Assembly: GCA_041744215.1 (NCBI GenBank)
Contig: JBGTLG010000041.1
Coordinates: 96,001-160,000 of the forward strand
DNA from: Fimbriimonadales bacterium
Lineage (GTDB): Bacteria; Armatimonadota; Fimbriimonadia; Fimbriimonadales; ATM1
Direction of reading: 5' to 3'
Length of the DNA: 64,000 nucleotides
A model generated the notes under the pieces. That model saw only the letters and a program-made list of their open reading frames with translations, was not told where the DNA came from and did not search any database. A program made the position numbers and the translations under genes. Shown piece by piece: positions 24,344-33,380 of the stretch (positions within the stretch are counted from its first letter, which is position 1; every line of letters begins with the position of its first letter).

Positions 24344-27300
24344 TTAGTGGTCGGCCTTAGCCTGCCCTCCAAGATCAGGATTGGGATTGCTCACTTTCCC
24401 GAGGTAAGTGGTGCGCGGGCGAGTATTGATTTCCTCAAGCAGGCCGTAGTTGTGCGGCTCCGCAGCAAGCGCGGTTACTTCCGCCTGACTATCGTTCAGA
24501 TTGCCGAAGTAGATGGCCTTTGCCGGACACGCTGCCTGGCACGCAGTCTGCACTTCGCCGTCGCGGATCGGCCTGTTCTCTTTCTTGGCGGTCTTCCTCG
24601 CAATATTGATCCGTTGAACGCAGTAAGAACATTTCTCCATGACACCCCGGCTTCTGACTGTGACGTCGGGGTTCATGAGGAGATTATGAATCGGTGTTAC
24701 GAGCCGCTCCGTGTACTCGAAGTAATTGAATCTGCGCACCTTGTACGGGCAGTTGTTCGAGCAATATCTGGTACCGACGCAACGGTTGTACGTCATCACA
24801 TTCAAACCCTCATGATCATGCGTCGTAGCGGCCACGGGGCAAACAACCTCGCACGGCGCGAGTTCGCAGTGCTGACACATGACGGGCAGGTGGTACGTTT
24901 CAGGATCGTCGAGACTGTTCCCGCCGTAATAGCGGTCGATGCGGAGCCAGTGCATCTCGCGTCCGCGCAACACTTCCTGGCGACCGACCGGTGGGATGTT
25001 GTTTTCGTTCTGACAAGCTGTTACGCATGCATTGCAACCGGTGCAAACGCTCGTGTCAACAACCATCCCCCACTTGTTTCCAGGATAGTCGCGGTCAGGA
25101 TACATCGATATATCCCCTGCGTGGTGCACACCCATATGGTGGACATAATCAGGGTGAGCGATGAAGTCATCGAGCGTCGTCGGCCGCGCGACAGCACGAT
25201 TCTCCATGCTGTGATGAAACTGAACCGTTGCAATGTTGTACTGGTCGCCCGTGCGAGTAATCGTTGCGTTCGCTCCAAACGAACCCACCGATGACGGCTT
25301 GATTGCGAACGCGTTGTACCCAGGCGAGTTCCCCGCATCGAGAACAGTCCCGAGCTTGCGCCCATAACCGTAAGTGACAGTCACGCAATCGTCGGCGTGC
25401 CCATGCAATACAATCGCGGGGCCCGCAATACTGTGCCCCTGCACTTCGACGGTCACAACATCAACGACCGCTCCGTTTCCGTTTCTGCCCTCAACCGGAG
25501 CCGAAAGCCCAAGCTTCTCCGCAGTCGCAGGACTCATCGCGATCGCATTGTCCCAAGTTGTCTTGTAGAGCGGTTTCGGCAGCTCTTGAAGCCACGCATT
25601 GTTCGAAAACCGCCCGTCGTAAACTGTCGGATCGTGCCGGAAGACAACCTCGATGCCGCCGCCGGCAGGCGCCGCCAACTCGCCGAGCGCGGCGATACTT
25701 GCAGACACACTCTCCTGTCCCGCGGAGGTGTTCGCAATGACTCCATCGTGAAGCCATTTGCGCCACTGTGAAACGAACGCATCGCCTGAAAGTCCCGTGC
25801 TCGATTGCCAATACTCTTGGACACTCGCTTCCGCGGTGCGCGCTTCTCCTCGAATCGCCGAAATCACCTCTAGTGGCGACTTGCCACCCAAAAGCGGCTC
25901 GATGAGCGGCTGCATAAGCGAGGCGGTTCCGTCAAAAGCGCGAGCATCTCCCCAGGACTCCAACTCGTGCGCCATCGGAACATGCCAGCGACAGAAGGTC
26001 GAAGTCTCATCGACGTACATGCCAGCACGAGCAGAGAACCGCAACCTCTTGATAAGCTCGCCGAAGGGAAGGTCCGCGGGTCCGCTATACACGGGATTCG
26101 CGCCAATGATGAGAAGCGCTTCAACTGCTCCCGAAGAAAGCTCTGCATGCAGCTGCCTAATTTCTGCGCCATGTATGGTCGGCTTGGCGGCGACTGGCGT
26201 GACTAACTGAACGGTCGCCCCAACATTGCCGACGGATTCGTTGATAGCGTGTGCCAGCAGATGCGTTCTTGGGCTCGCGTTGCGCCCTGCATAAACGATA
26301 GATCGACCACGGTGCGAGGAAAGATCTGCGACAACCGCGGCGACCCACTTGCGTGCGCCCTCATCAAGGTTCCCAGGCGCGACTCCAATGCCAAGACCTG
26401 CGGCGACAGCAGCGGCAATATCGTCCAGCTTCGACGGCAGAGTGCGAAGGCGCGTGTCCGCCATCGCCCCCGTGATTGTAGGAGACGATTCAGCCGAATA
26501 AAGCCGATTGATCGCGCGCGTGTCTTTACGCACACGACGCTTCTCAGCGAAGTCGTGCATGTAACGGATCCGGCCTGGCCCATCTCCCATGAAGTCGCCT
26601 TCGAGGGCGACGATGACGTCTGCCTGATCGAATCTGTAAACGGCATCGACAGGTTTGCCAAACGCTGCGATGGCGGCAAGAGATGCGTTGTCTGCGTTGA
26701 CCGGCTCCCACTGATACCATTTCGCGTTCGGAAACTCGGCCAGCAGCTTCTCGATCTCGGCTGCGAGAGTCGGCGACGTGACCGTCTCCGTAAGAATCCT
26801 GAGGCTTTGCCCGCCTGTACCGCGCTGCCTGGCAAGTTCCGCGCGCGCATCTTCGATGAATCGATCGTAGGTCTTGATGACTCCTTCGAAAAGAACCGCT
26901 TGCGAACGGTTCGGATCATAAAGATCGAGGATGGTCGCAGACACCCAGGGATCGGTCGCCCCGAGACTTGCCGGATGCTCCGGGTTGCCTGCGAGAAACG
27001 TCGGTCGCCCTGTGTGGCTTTCCACCAACACGCCGTGAGCGTAGCCGCCGAGCGTGACTGTTGATGCGTAATTCAAAGGAATCCCGGGAACCATCCCCTC
27101 CGGGTTCGTGACGTACGGAACGATTTTCTCGATCGGCTGCCGGCGACAGCCCGCTAATCCCGCAAGCGCCATCGACGCAGCTGCGACTTGAAGGAACTTG
27201 CGGCGATCGATTGCCGCAGCCCAGGGCGGCGCCGTTCGCGGGAACTCCCGCTCAACGAACTCCTTGAACTGGTCCGTGTCGGCAATCTCTTCGAGCCCGC

Positions 27301-27397
27301 GCCAGACCCGTTTCGGGTCGCCCTCTGCGAGCCGAGTGCGCAACTCGCTGATGTTCAGCTGTTGAGGGGGTTTGCCGTTCCCGTTGCTGCTTGACAT
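24344..27397 (-). CDS. actB: Alternative complex III subunit ActB (molybdopterin-oxidoreductase-like plus Fe-S domain)
   Basis: WRGLEE, TAT RRKFL and LAGC lipobox, NAWLQELP, CTGCNACVTAC, CQHCELAPC, CVGTRYCSNNCPY. Confidence 0.95.
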   Translation of the reverse strand: MSSSNGNGKPPQQLNISELRTRLAEGDPKRVWRGLEEIADTDQFKEFVEREFPRTAPPWAAAIDRRKFLQVAAASMALAGLAGCRRQPIEKIVPYVTNPEGMVPGIPLNYASTVTLGGYAHGVLVESHTGRPTFLAGNPEHPASLGATDPWVSATILDLYDPNRSQAVLFEGVIKTYDRFIEDARAELARQRGTGGQSLRILTETVTSPTLAAEIEKLLAEFPNAKWYQWEPVNADNASLAAIAAFGKPVDAVYRFDQADVIVALEGDFMGDGPGRIRYMHDFAEKRRVRKDTRAINRLYSAESSPTITGAMADTRLRTLPSKLDDIAAAVAAGLGIGVAPGNLDEGARKWVAAVVADLSSHRGRSIVYAGRNASPRTHLLAHAINESVGNVGATVQLVTPVAAKPTIHGAEIRQLHAELSSGAVEALLIIGANPVYSGPADLPFGELIKRLRFSARAGMYVDETSTFCRWHVPMAHELESWGDARAFDGTASLMQPLIEPLLGGKSPLEVISAIRGEARTAEASVQEYWQSSTGLSGDAFVSQWRKWLHDGVIANTSAGQESVSASIAALGELAAPAGGGIEVVFRHDPTVYDGRFSNNAWLQELPKPLYKTTWDNAIAMSPATAEKLGLSAPVEGRNGNGAVVDVVTVEVQGHSIAGPAIVLHGHADDCVTVTYGYGRKLGTVLDAGNSPGYNAFAIKPSSVGSFGANATITRTGDQYNIATVQFHHSMENRAVARPTTLDDFIAHPDYVHHMGVHHAGDISMYPDRDYPGNKWGMVVDTSVCTGCNACVTACQNENNIPPVGRQEVLRGREMHWLRIDRYYGGNSLDDPETYHLPVMCQHCELAPCEVVCPVAATTHDHEGLNVMTYNRCVGTRYCSNNCPYKVRRFNYFEYTERLVTPIHNLLMNPDVTVRSRGVMEKCSYCVQRINIARKTAKKENRPIRDGEVQTACQAACPAKAIYFGNLNDSQAEVTALAAEPHNYGLLEEINTRPRTTYLGKVSNPNPDLGGQAKADH

Positions 27398-27426
27398 TTT
27401 ATGCGCTGATGATTCGGGCTTAGATC

Positions 27427-28077
27427 CTACCGATGGCAGACCCAACAGTCCGAAAGTTGCTCCTTCTGAATTCCGTACTTTTCAACGAGCTGCCTTCCGA
27501 GCGCAGCGTGCTCCTTCGGAACCTTGTACTTCGGATTATAAATCTCTTCTTTCGGCCGGATGAACTCCTCTGGGCTCCGGTGACAATCCAGGCACCACAG
27601 CATCTGCATCGCGTTCTCCTTGTAAGTGAGGTTCATCTCATCGACCGGGCCGTGGCACGTGTAACAGCTCACGCCTTTGGCTATGTGGATGCTGTGATCG
27701 AAGTATACGAATGCCGGAACATTGTTGACCTTGTTCCACTCAATCGGCGCGCCGCTTTCCATGCTGTCGCGAACAGGGGCGAGAAGCGGGCTGTTTGTCC
27801 AGACCTGGGAATGGCAGGTGTAACAAGTCTCAGTCGCGGGAATCCCTGCGTACGGTCCTTTCTCGACAGAGGTGTGGCAGTAGCGGCAGTCGATTCCAAG
27901 CTCCGCGACATGGTGCTTGTGGCTAAATGGCGCGGGCTGGTCGATTGCCACTCGCAGCCTGTGAGTGTAGGGTGTCACATTTCCACCAATCAGGAAAATA
28001 GCTGCCAACAGAACACCGGCCGCCGGAATCGACGCCTTGGAGTAGATGTTCGCGCTACGGCTAAAAATCTGCGGCAT
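27427..28077 (-). CDS. actA: Alternative complex III pentaheme cytochrome c ActA
   Basis: MPQIF start, one TM, five CxxCH (CRYCH, CYTCH, CYTCH, CLDCH, CWVCH). Confidence 0.93.
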   Translation of the reverse strand: MPQIFSRSANIYSKASIPAAGVLLAAIFLIGGNVTPYTHRLRVAIDQPAPFSHKHHVAELGIDCRYCHTSVEKGPYAGIPATETCYTCHSQVWTNSPLLAPVRDSMESGAPIEWNKVNNVPAFVYFDHSIHIAKGVSCYTCHGPVDEMNLTYKENAMQMLWCLDCHRSPEEFIRPKEEIYNPKYKVPKEHAALGRQLVEKYGIQKEQLSDCWVCHR

Positions 28078-28375
28078 GCTGCGCCCTCGCTACATCCCGC
28101 CGAAAACCCGCGCAATGACGCGAAAAAGGGCGAGCGGTTCGCAACGTTTTTCGAGTCATCTTTGCGCAGTGTCCCGACGGAAAATCCGTCCGTTCCATGT
28201 CTCTCTCGACGCCAGAGGGCGCCGGTTGGCCAGCGACATCGAAACCAAAAACTGACCGAGAGCCGCGTTCATGCGGACACCAAGATGGCCAGAATTCGAT
28301 AGCGCTGCCATGTTATCCTCAGGGTTACAGTCGAAGTCAAGCCCACGGCCAACTTCTACGCGATTTGAGTCTACC

Positions 28376-28403
28376 AGACTTTGTGCCATTTTTCACAAAG
28401 TCT
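28376..28403. promoter_or_regulatory. Rex-like operator upstream of act/cta operon
   Basis: AGACT-TTGTGCCATTTTTCACAA-AGTCT; core 28381-28398 fits TTGTGAANNNNTTCACAA with 2 mismatches. Confidence 0.65.
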
Positions 28404-28445
28404 TTGCCTGCGGAGTTCGCACGTCGTCCGCTGCAATGACACCCA

Positions 28446-28871
28446 TCATCGGGATGGGAAAACGTGATAGAGCATGACGTAGACGCCCACGCCGGTAACG
28501 GACACGTAAAGCCAAATCGGAAGAGTCCACCTAGCGATCTTTCGGTGCTTGTCGAACTTCTGCGAAAGCCCTCGATACAGGGTCACCAGAACCATCGGGG
28601 CGACGATCGCGGCCAGAACCGTGTGGCTTACAAGAATCGCGAAGTAGATTGGACGCCACACCCCTTCTCCCGCGAACTTCGTCGCTCCAACTTGGAAGTG
28701 GTAGGTCAGATACGAAACAAGAAACAAAATCGAGGTCGCGAACGCCGCCAACATCACTTTGCGATGGGCTTCGCGCCTCCCGCGCCGAATCAAGCCCCAA
28801 CCTATTACTAATAGTACAGTACAAATGCTGTTTAGAATTGCATTGACTGTGGGCAAATCTTGAAGGCTCAA
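28446..28871 (-). CDS. DUF420 membrane protein (CtaM/YozB-like oxidase assembly factor)
   Basis: LP.VNA.LN, H...M, FLVSYL.YH, HRKIAR.T.PIWLYVS.TG. Confidence 0.92.
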   Translation of the reverse strand: MSLQDLPTVNAILNSICTVLLVIGWGLIRRGRREAHRKVMLAAFATSILFLVSYLTYHFQVGATKFAGEGVWRPIYFAILVSHTVLAAIVAPMVLVTLYRGLSQKFDKHRKIARWTLPIWLYVSVTGVGVYVMLYHVFPSR

Positions 28872-29557
28872 TTCGCCGGCGTCCTCGCAATGAGGGCTCT
28901 CATGTCCGTCACAAGCCTCTCGAACTCCTCCGGGTCAAGCGGGCGGTAGTAGCCTCGGATTAGCCCGGCTTGGTCAACCAACACAAACCTGTCGCTGTGG
29001 AGAATGTCGCCTGGAACCTCGGTCGTGCCGAGTGAGAGCCCGTCACGGGCGAACTGCATCGCCTCGCCTTCCCCGCCTCGAACAATCAGCCATCGGTTCC
29101 CATCACATCCCGCAGATTGAGCGAACTCCTTGAGCCGCTCGACGGTGTCAGTCGCCGGGTCAACAGAGACCTGCAGCAGCCGCACCTCGTCACTTCCCGA
29201 AAACGCATCATCAAGCCGTTTCATCGCGCTAGTCAACCCGGGGCAGATCCCAGTGCATGACGTGAAAAAGAAACCGATCACGGCAACTCGCCCGTCGAGA
29301 GACTCCCGGCTCACGGGATCGCCGAGATGCGAAACAAACGCGAAGTCCGGGAATGGCCCGATCGGCTCCGCTGTAGCAGAGGCAACGGTCTCCGGAGTGT
29401 TTGCCAGTTTCTGCGACAGAGGGTAGAGAACCAATCCCGCGACCGCCACGAGTGCGACGGAAGCTCCAATCATCCAGGGCCGGATGGACTTCGGCTGTGA
29501 TTCAATCGACATTAGACTTCCTACAAAAACTTGAGAATCATGAAGAACACGATCCAA
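28868..29557 (-). CDS. Second SCO1/SenC family protein (true start probably ATG ~29512)
   Basis: TM anchor, FFFTSCTGICP, SVDP..DT, HSDRFVLVD. Confidence 0.9.
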   Translation of the reverse strand: MDRVLHDSQVFVGSLMSIESQPKSIRPWMIGASVALVAVAGLVLYPLSQKLANTPETVASATAEPIGPFPDFAFVSHLGDPVSRESLDGRVAVIGFFFTSCTGICPGLTSAMKRLDDAFSGSDEVRLLQVSVDPATDTVERLKEFAQSAGCDGNRWLIVRGGEGEAMQFARDGLSLGTTEVPGDILHSDRFVLVDQAGLIRGYYRPLDPEEFERLVTDMRALIARTPAN

Positions 29558-30159
29558 ACGATCGCCATGAAGTGCCAGTACATCGAGAACAAATCAATTC
29601 CAAGGTGCTGTGCATTGGTGTACCTGCCGCGATACGACTTCCAAACGACATAGGCCAGCCACCCAATCCCTACGAACACGTGGGCTCCATGAACTCCAGT
29701 GAGTACGTAGAAAAGGTCGCGGAACGGATTCGTAGTAGCGAATACTTGCTGGCGAATCAATTCCGACCAGGCAAACCCCTGGCTCGCAAGAAACAATACT
29801 CCGAAAAAGAGCGTGAGCGTGACGAAAGTGAAAAGCGCGGCGCGATCTCCTCGCCTGATCGACTTTGAGCCTATCCGAAGCGTCAGGCTCGAAGCGAGAA
29901 TCATCACGGTGCTAACCCACAGAGAATTCGGCGCGTCAAACGGATAACTGAGCTTGTCCTGCAATCTGATCAAGTAGAGGATTGTTAAAGCGCCGAACAT
30001 TGTCGACAACGCCGACACCGCAAGCCACATGGCAAGATAGGGCGCGGTCCGGCGGCGTCCGGCCGGAACAGACATTCGCGCAGAGGAACCGTTTGTTGCT
30101 CCCTGATTCTGTTCATTCTCCGGCTGATCAATCATGGAACGGGAATCGAATCCCGCCAT
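29521..30159 (-). CDS. Second heme-copper oxidase subunit III-like protein
   Basis: FYVLTGVHGAHV, YWHFMAIVW. Confidence 0.85.
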   Translation of the reverse strand: MAGFDSRSMIDQPENEQNQGATNGSSARMSVPAGRRRTAPYLAMWLAVSALSTMFGALTILYLIRLQDKLSYPFDAPNSLWVSTVMILASSLTLRIGSKSIRRGDRAALFTFVTLTLFFGVLFLASQGFAWSELIRQQVFATTNPFRDLFYVLTGVHGAHVFVGIGWLAYVVWKSYRGRYTNAQHLGIDLFSMYWHFMAIVWIVFFMILKFL

Positions 30160-30163
30160 AAGT

Positions 30164-31423
30164 TTACCGCCGCCTTGTTTCCTCCCCGATCAAACGCGCG
30201 CCTTTGTTGTAGGTGACGTAACTGTACGCCCACTGAACTGCGATCACCAGCCGATTGTCAAATCCTACGATCTGCATAATGTGGATAAACGCCCAAGCTA
30301 CCCATCCGAAAATGCCGGCGACCATGAATCGTCCGATCTTTCCGACAGCCGAATTGCGACCGATCACGGCCAAACTCCCGTAATCTCGGTATCTGAAACT
30401 AGGCTCGGCGCGACCCTTGAATCGGTGACTTAGCACACGCGCCACATGCCGACCCATTTGCATCGCAACTTGTGCAACACCTGGAAGCGGAGTCGGAAAG
30501 GACGCCAAGTCTCCGATAACGAAGATGTCGTCGTGCCCATCGACCGTGAGATTTTCCAACACCGCGATCCGACCCGCACTGTCAGTTTTCGCATCCGTTG
30601 CTTCGGCGACCGCTAAGCTGAAACCGCACGCTTCAACCCCCGCTGCCCAAAAGACATTTTCGGATCTCAATGTCCGTGACTCGCCTTGTGCGCTGATCGT
30701 AACCTCGCCATCCGCGATGTCGGTGACCCGCGATTCATTCAATACTGTAACCCCAAGCCGCTCAAGCGAGCGCCTGGCCCGCACCGAAAGTCGGGCGTCA
30801 AATGTCGGTAGCACACGAGAATCACCCTCAACAAGATAAATGGTGGCAAGCGCGGGATCGATTCGTCGGAAGTCCCCGCGGAGAGTTCTTCTTGACAACT
30901 CACCCAGCGCGCCAGCCAACTCCACACCTGTCGGACCAGCGCCGACGATAACAAAACTCAACAGCGCCGCGCGTCGAGCAGGATCGTCTTCCAATTCTGC
31001 CGACTCGAACGCCGAGAGCACTTTCGCCCTGATTCGGAGAGCGTCCTCAATCGTTTTCAATCCTGGCGCAATCTCTTCCCATCCATCGTTACCGAAGTAC
31101 GAATGGCGGACGCCTGTTGCAATGATGAGCGTATCGTAAGGCACCTCTCCATGATCTGTCACAACCTCCTTCGACTGTACGTCCAAGCCCTTGGCTTTCG
31201 TCATCAATACGCTCACGCGTTTTTGCTTCCGCACTACTGACCGAATAGGCGACGCGATATCCCCTGGGGAGAGGCCTCCCGTCGCAACTTGATAAAGGAG
31301 CGGCTGGAACAGGTGAAAGTTGCGCTCGTCGATCAGGATCACATCGACCGGTAACCGCGTGAGCGCCTTCGCGGCCTGAAGCCCACCGAATCCTCCACCG
31401 ACGACAACAACACGATGTTTCAC
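30164..31423 (-). CDS. ndh: Type II NADH:quinone oxidoreductase
   Basis: VVVGGGFGG, FQPLLYQVATG, GAGPTGVELAG, WAAGV, GDLA; GTG start at 31423 inferred. Confidence 0.92.
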   Translation of the reverse strand: MKHRVVVVGGGFGGLQAAKALTRLPVDVILIDERNFHLFQPLLYQVATGGLSPGDIASPIRSVVRKQKRVSVLMTKAKGLDVQSKEVVTDHGEVPYDTLIIATGVRHSYFGNDGWEEIAPGLKTIEDALRIRAKVLSAFESAELEDDPARRAALLSFVIVGAGPTGVELAGALGELSRRTLRGDFRRIDPALATIYLVEGDSRVLPTFDARLSVRARRSLERLGVTVLNESRVTDIADGEVTISAQGESRTLRSENVFWAAGVEACGFSLAVAEATDAKTDSAGRIAVLENLTVDGHDDIFVIGDLASFPTPLPGVAQVAMQMGRHVARVLSHRFKGRAEPSFRYRDYGSLAVIGRNSAVGKIGRFMVAGIFGWVAWAFIHIMQIVGFDNRLVIAVQWAYSYVTYNKGARLIGEETRRR

Positions 31424-31474
31424 CGAAAGCGTTTTACCCCTGGACGCCGTGTGTATACTCTTGGCACCGTTTCG

Positions 31475-32434
31475 ATGAACTCTTATCAAAAGACCGCGTT
31501 GTTCACAATCGGTGCGACGTTCTTCCTAATTATTGTTGGCGGACTCGTGCGCGCCGCCGGAGCAGGATTGGGTTGCCCAGATTGGCCGCACTGCTTTGGC
31601 AGCTGGATCCCACCAACGAGCGCAGATCAGCTGATTGGCACCGAATACGATCCCGCGCAATTCAATGTTTTTCAAACGTGGCTCGAATACATCAACCGAC
31701 TCATCGGCGTCATCATTGGCCTGTTAATCGTACTGACCGCTGTTCGGTCGCGACACTACTTCGCATCAAAACCCATCGTCTTCTGGGGCTCCATCTGCGC
31801 CGTTCTTCTCGTTGGATTTCAAGGCTGGCTCGGCGGGGTAGTCGTGAAATCGGAGCTTGAAGCGTGGATCATCACCGCGCATATGATTACAGCGATGGTG
31901 CTGGTTTGTTTGCTGATCTATCTCGTCTTCGTTGCAAGCGCTGAACAGCTTCGGGTTCAGGTAGAAGCCCTGCGTCGTTCACAGCTGCTCTGGCTTGGAA
32001 TTGGCATACTCCTCATTCTCTTCGGCCAACTCGCTTTGGGAACGCAGGTTCGCGAAGGCATCGATGTGGCCATGATGGCGGAGCCAGGTGCACGATCAGC
32101 ATGGCTCGATAGCGTTGGACCCGTCGACGAGATTCATCGAAGTTTCTCGTGGATCGTCCTCATCGCGACCGCACTCCTCTACTATCTGGTCACCAAATGG
32201 AACGCACCGAATCCACTATCAATGTTGAGCAAGCTCATACTCGCTTTCGTAGTCGCGCAGATTCTCTTCGGCGTTGGACTCGCATACCTTGCGCTGCCGG
32301 CAGCGCTTCAAATCCTTCATTTATTGTTCGCTAATCTCACGATCGCCGCAGCGTTTACGCACATCTTGATAACGTACAACTCGATCCCTACCTCACTAGC
32401 GGCAAAGAATCATGAGCAGCAACAGCAAGGGTAG
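31475..32434 (+). CDS. ctaA: Heme A synthase (COX15/CtaA)
   Basis: GLGCPDWPHC, EYINR, QGWLGG, HR, LH. Confidence 0.9.
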   Translation: MNSYQKTALFTIGATFFLIIVGGLVRAAGAGLGCPDWPHCFGSWIPPTSADQLIGTEYDPAQFNVFQTWLEYINRLIGVIIGLLIVLTAVRSRHYFASKPIVFWGSICAVLLVGFQGWLGGVVVKSELEAWIITAHMITAMVLVCLLIYLVFVASAEQLRVQVEALRRSQLLWLGIGILLILFGQLALGTQVREGIDVAMMAEPGARSAWLDSVGPVDEIHRSFSWIVLIATALLYYLVTKWNAPNPLSMLSKLILAFVVAQILFGVGLAYLALPAALQILHLLFANLTIAAAFTHILITYNSIPTSLAAKNHEQQQQG

Positions 32435-33286
32435 ATAAGCGACCGTTGCACGAAGCACTCTCCTCGCCGTTGCATCGTCGGGTTGTTGCCAGAATCGCAC
32501 TCCTGCAGAGATCATCCACACGGTCAGCGTGAGAGCGATTACCATATACGCAACCTTCTGCGTTGCGAAGAAAGAATATGCCGCAACTAACGGTATTAGT
32601 GGCAGCGAGTACTGCACCACGCACAACCCTGTCGCCTTTCCCTCAGCATTGGGGAACGGCAGCATCTTGAACCCAGCCCTCGAATAATCCTCGCGCAACA
32701 ACCACGCAATCGACCAAAAGTGGGGAAACTGCCAAAAGAATTGGATACTGAACAGCAAGAGCGCAGGCAAACCGATTTCTCCCGTCGCAGCGGTCCAGCC
32801 TGCCAGGGGGGGGATCGCTCCAGGTATCGCGCCAACCGCCGTCGACAAATGCGAACGCGGCTTTAGCGGCGTGTACGCGAAAGCGTAAACGATGATCGAG
32901 GCTGCGCCAAGCATCGCCGTCAAAGGGTTCACCCAAATGACGAGAAGAGCCAGTCCAATCGCGGCCCAAGTGAGCCCGACTGCCACACCTTCCCCAAGCG
33001 AAATCCTCCCATCAGGCAACGGTCGGGTCGCAGTCCTAACCATCCGACTGTCGGGACCGACTTCGAGAACCTGATTGAGCGCGTTCGCAGAGGCAATCAC
33101 AAACCACGAGCCGGCCAATGCAGCCAACCAAACCAAAGGAGGTGCCCCGCCGGCAAGCGCCATTCCGGCTGCGGTCGAAATCCAAACGAGAAGCGTAACG
33201 CGGGGCTTGCTCAGCGCCCAGTAATCCCGCAGGCGGCTCGCCAACGACGCTGGAGCGGTAACGGCGGCGGAACCAGCAGGATTCAT
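32396..33286 (-). CDS. ctaB: Protoheme IX farnesyltransferase (heme O synthase)
   Basis: KPRV, D..M.RT..RPLP, YTPLK, GAIPGA.PP, WQFPHF. Confidence 0.95.
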   Translation of the reverse strand: MNPAGSAAVTAPASLASRLRDYWALSKPRVTLLVWISTAAGMALAGGAPPLVWLAALAGSWFVIASANALNQVLEVGPDSRMVRTATRPLPDGRISLGEGVAVGLTWAAIGLALLVIWVNPLTAMLGAASIIVYAFAYTPLKPRSHLSTAVGAIPGAIPPLAGWTAATGEIGLPALLLFSIQFFWQFPHFWSIAWLLREDYSRAGFKMLPFPNAEGKATGLCVVQYSLPLIPLVAAYSFFATQKVAYMVIALTLTVWMISAGVRFWQQPDDATARRVLRATVAYLPLLLLLMILCR

Positions 33287-33380
33287 AAAGTGTTGGTGTG
33301 ATTTCACCCGCTCAACAGCCTCAGAGTCAACTCAATCGCCCCATATCGGCAAAAATGGAGCGGATTCAGGATCTTCACAC

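Noticed and set aside
24290..25294. 334-aa + strand ORF
   Set aside because: Antisense shadow of actB; no motifs
27433..28302. 289-aa + strand ORF
   Set aside because: Antisense to actA and its leader; not protein-like
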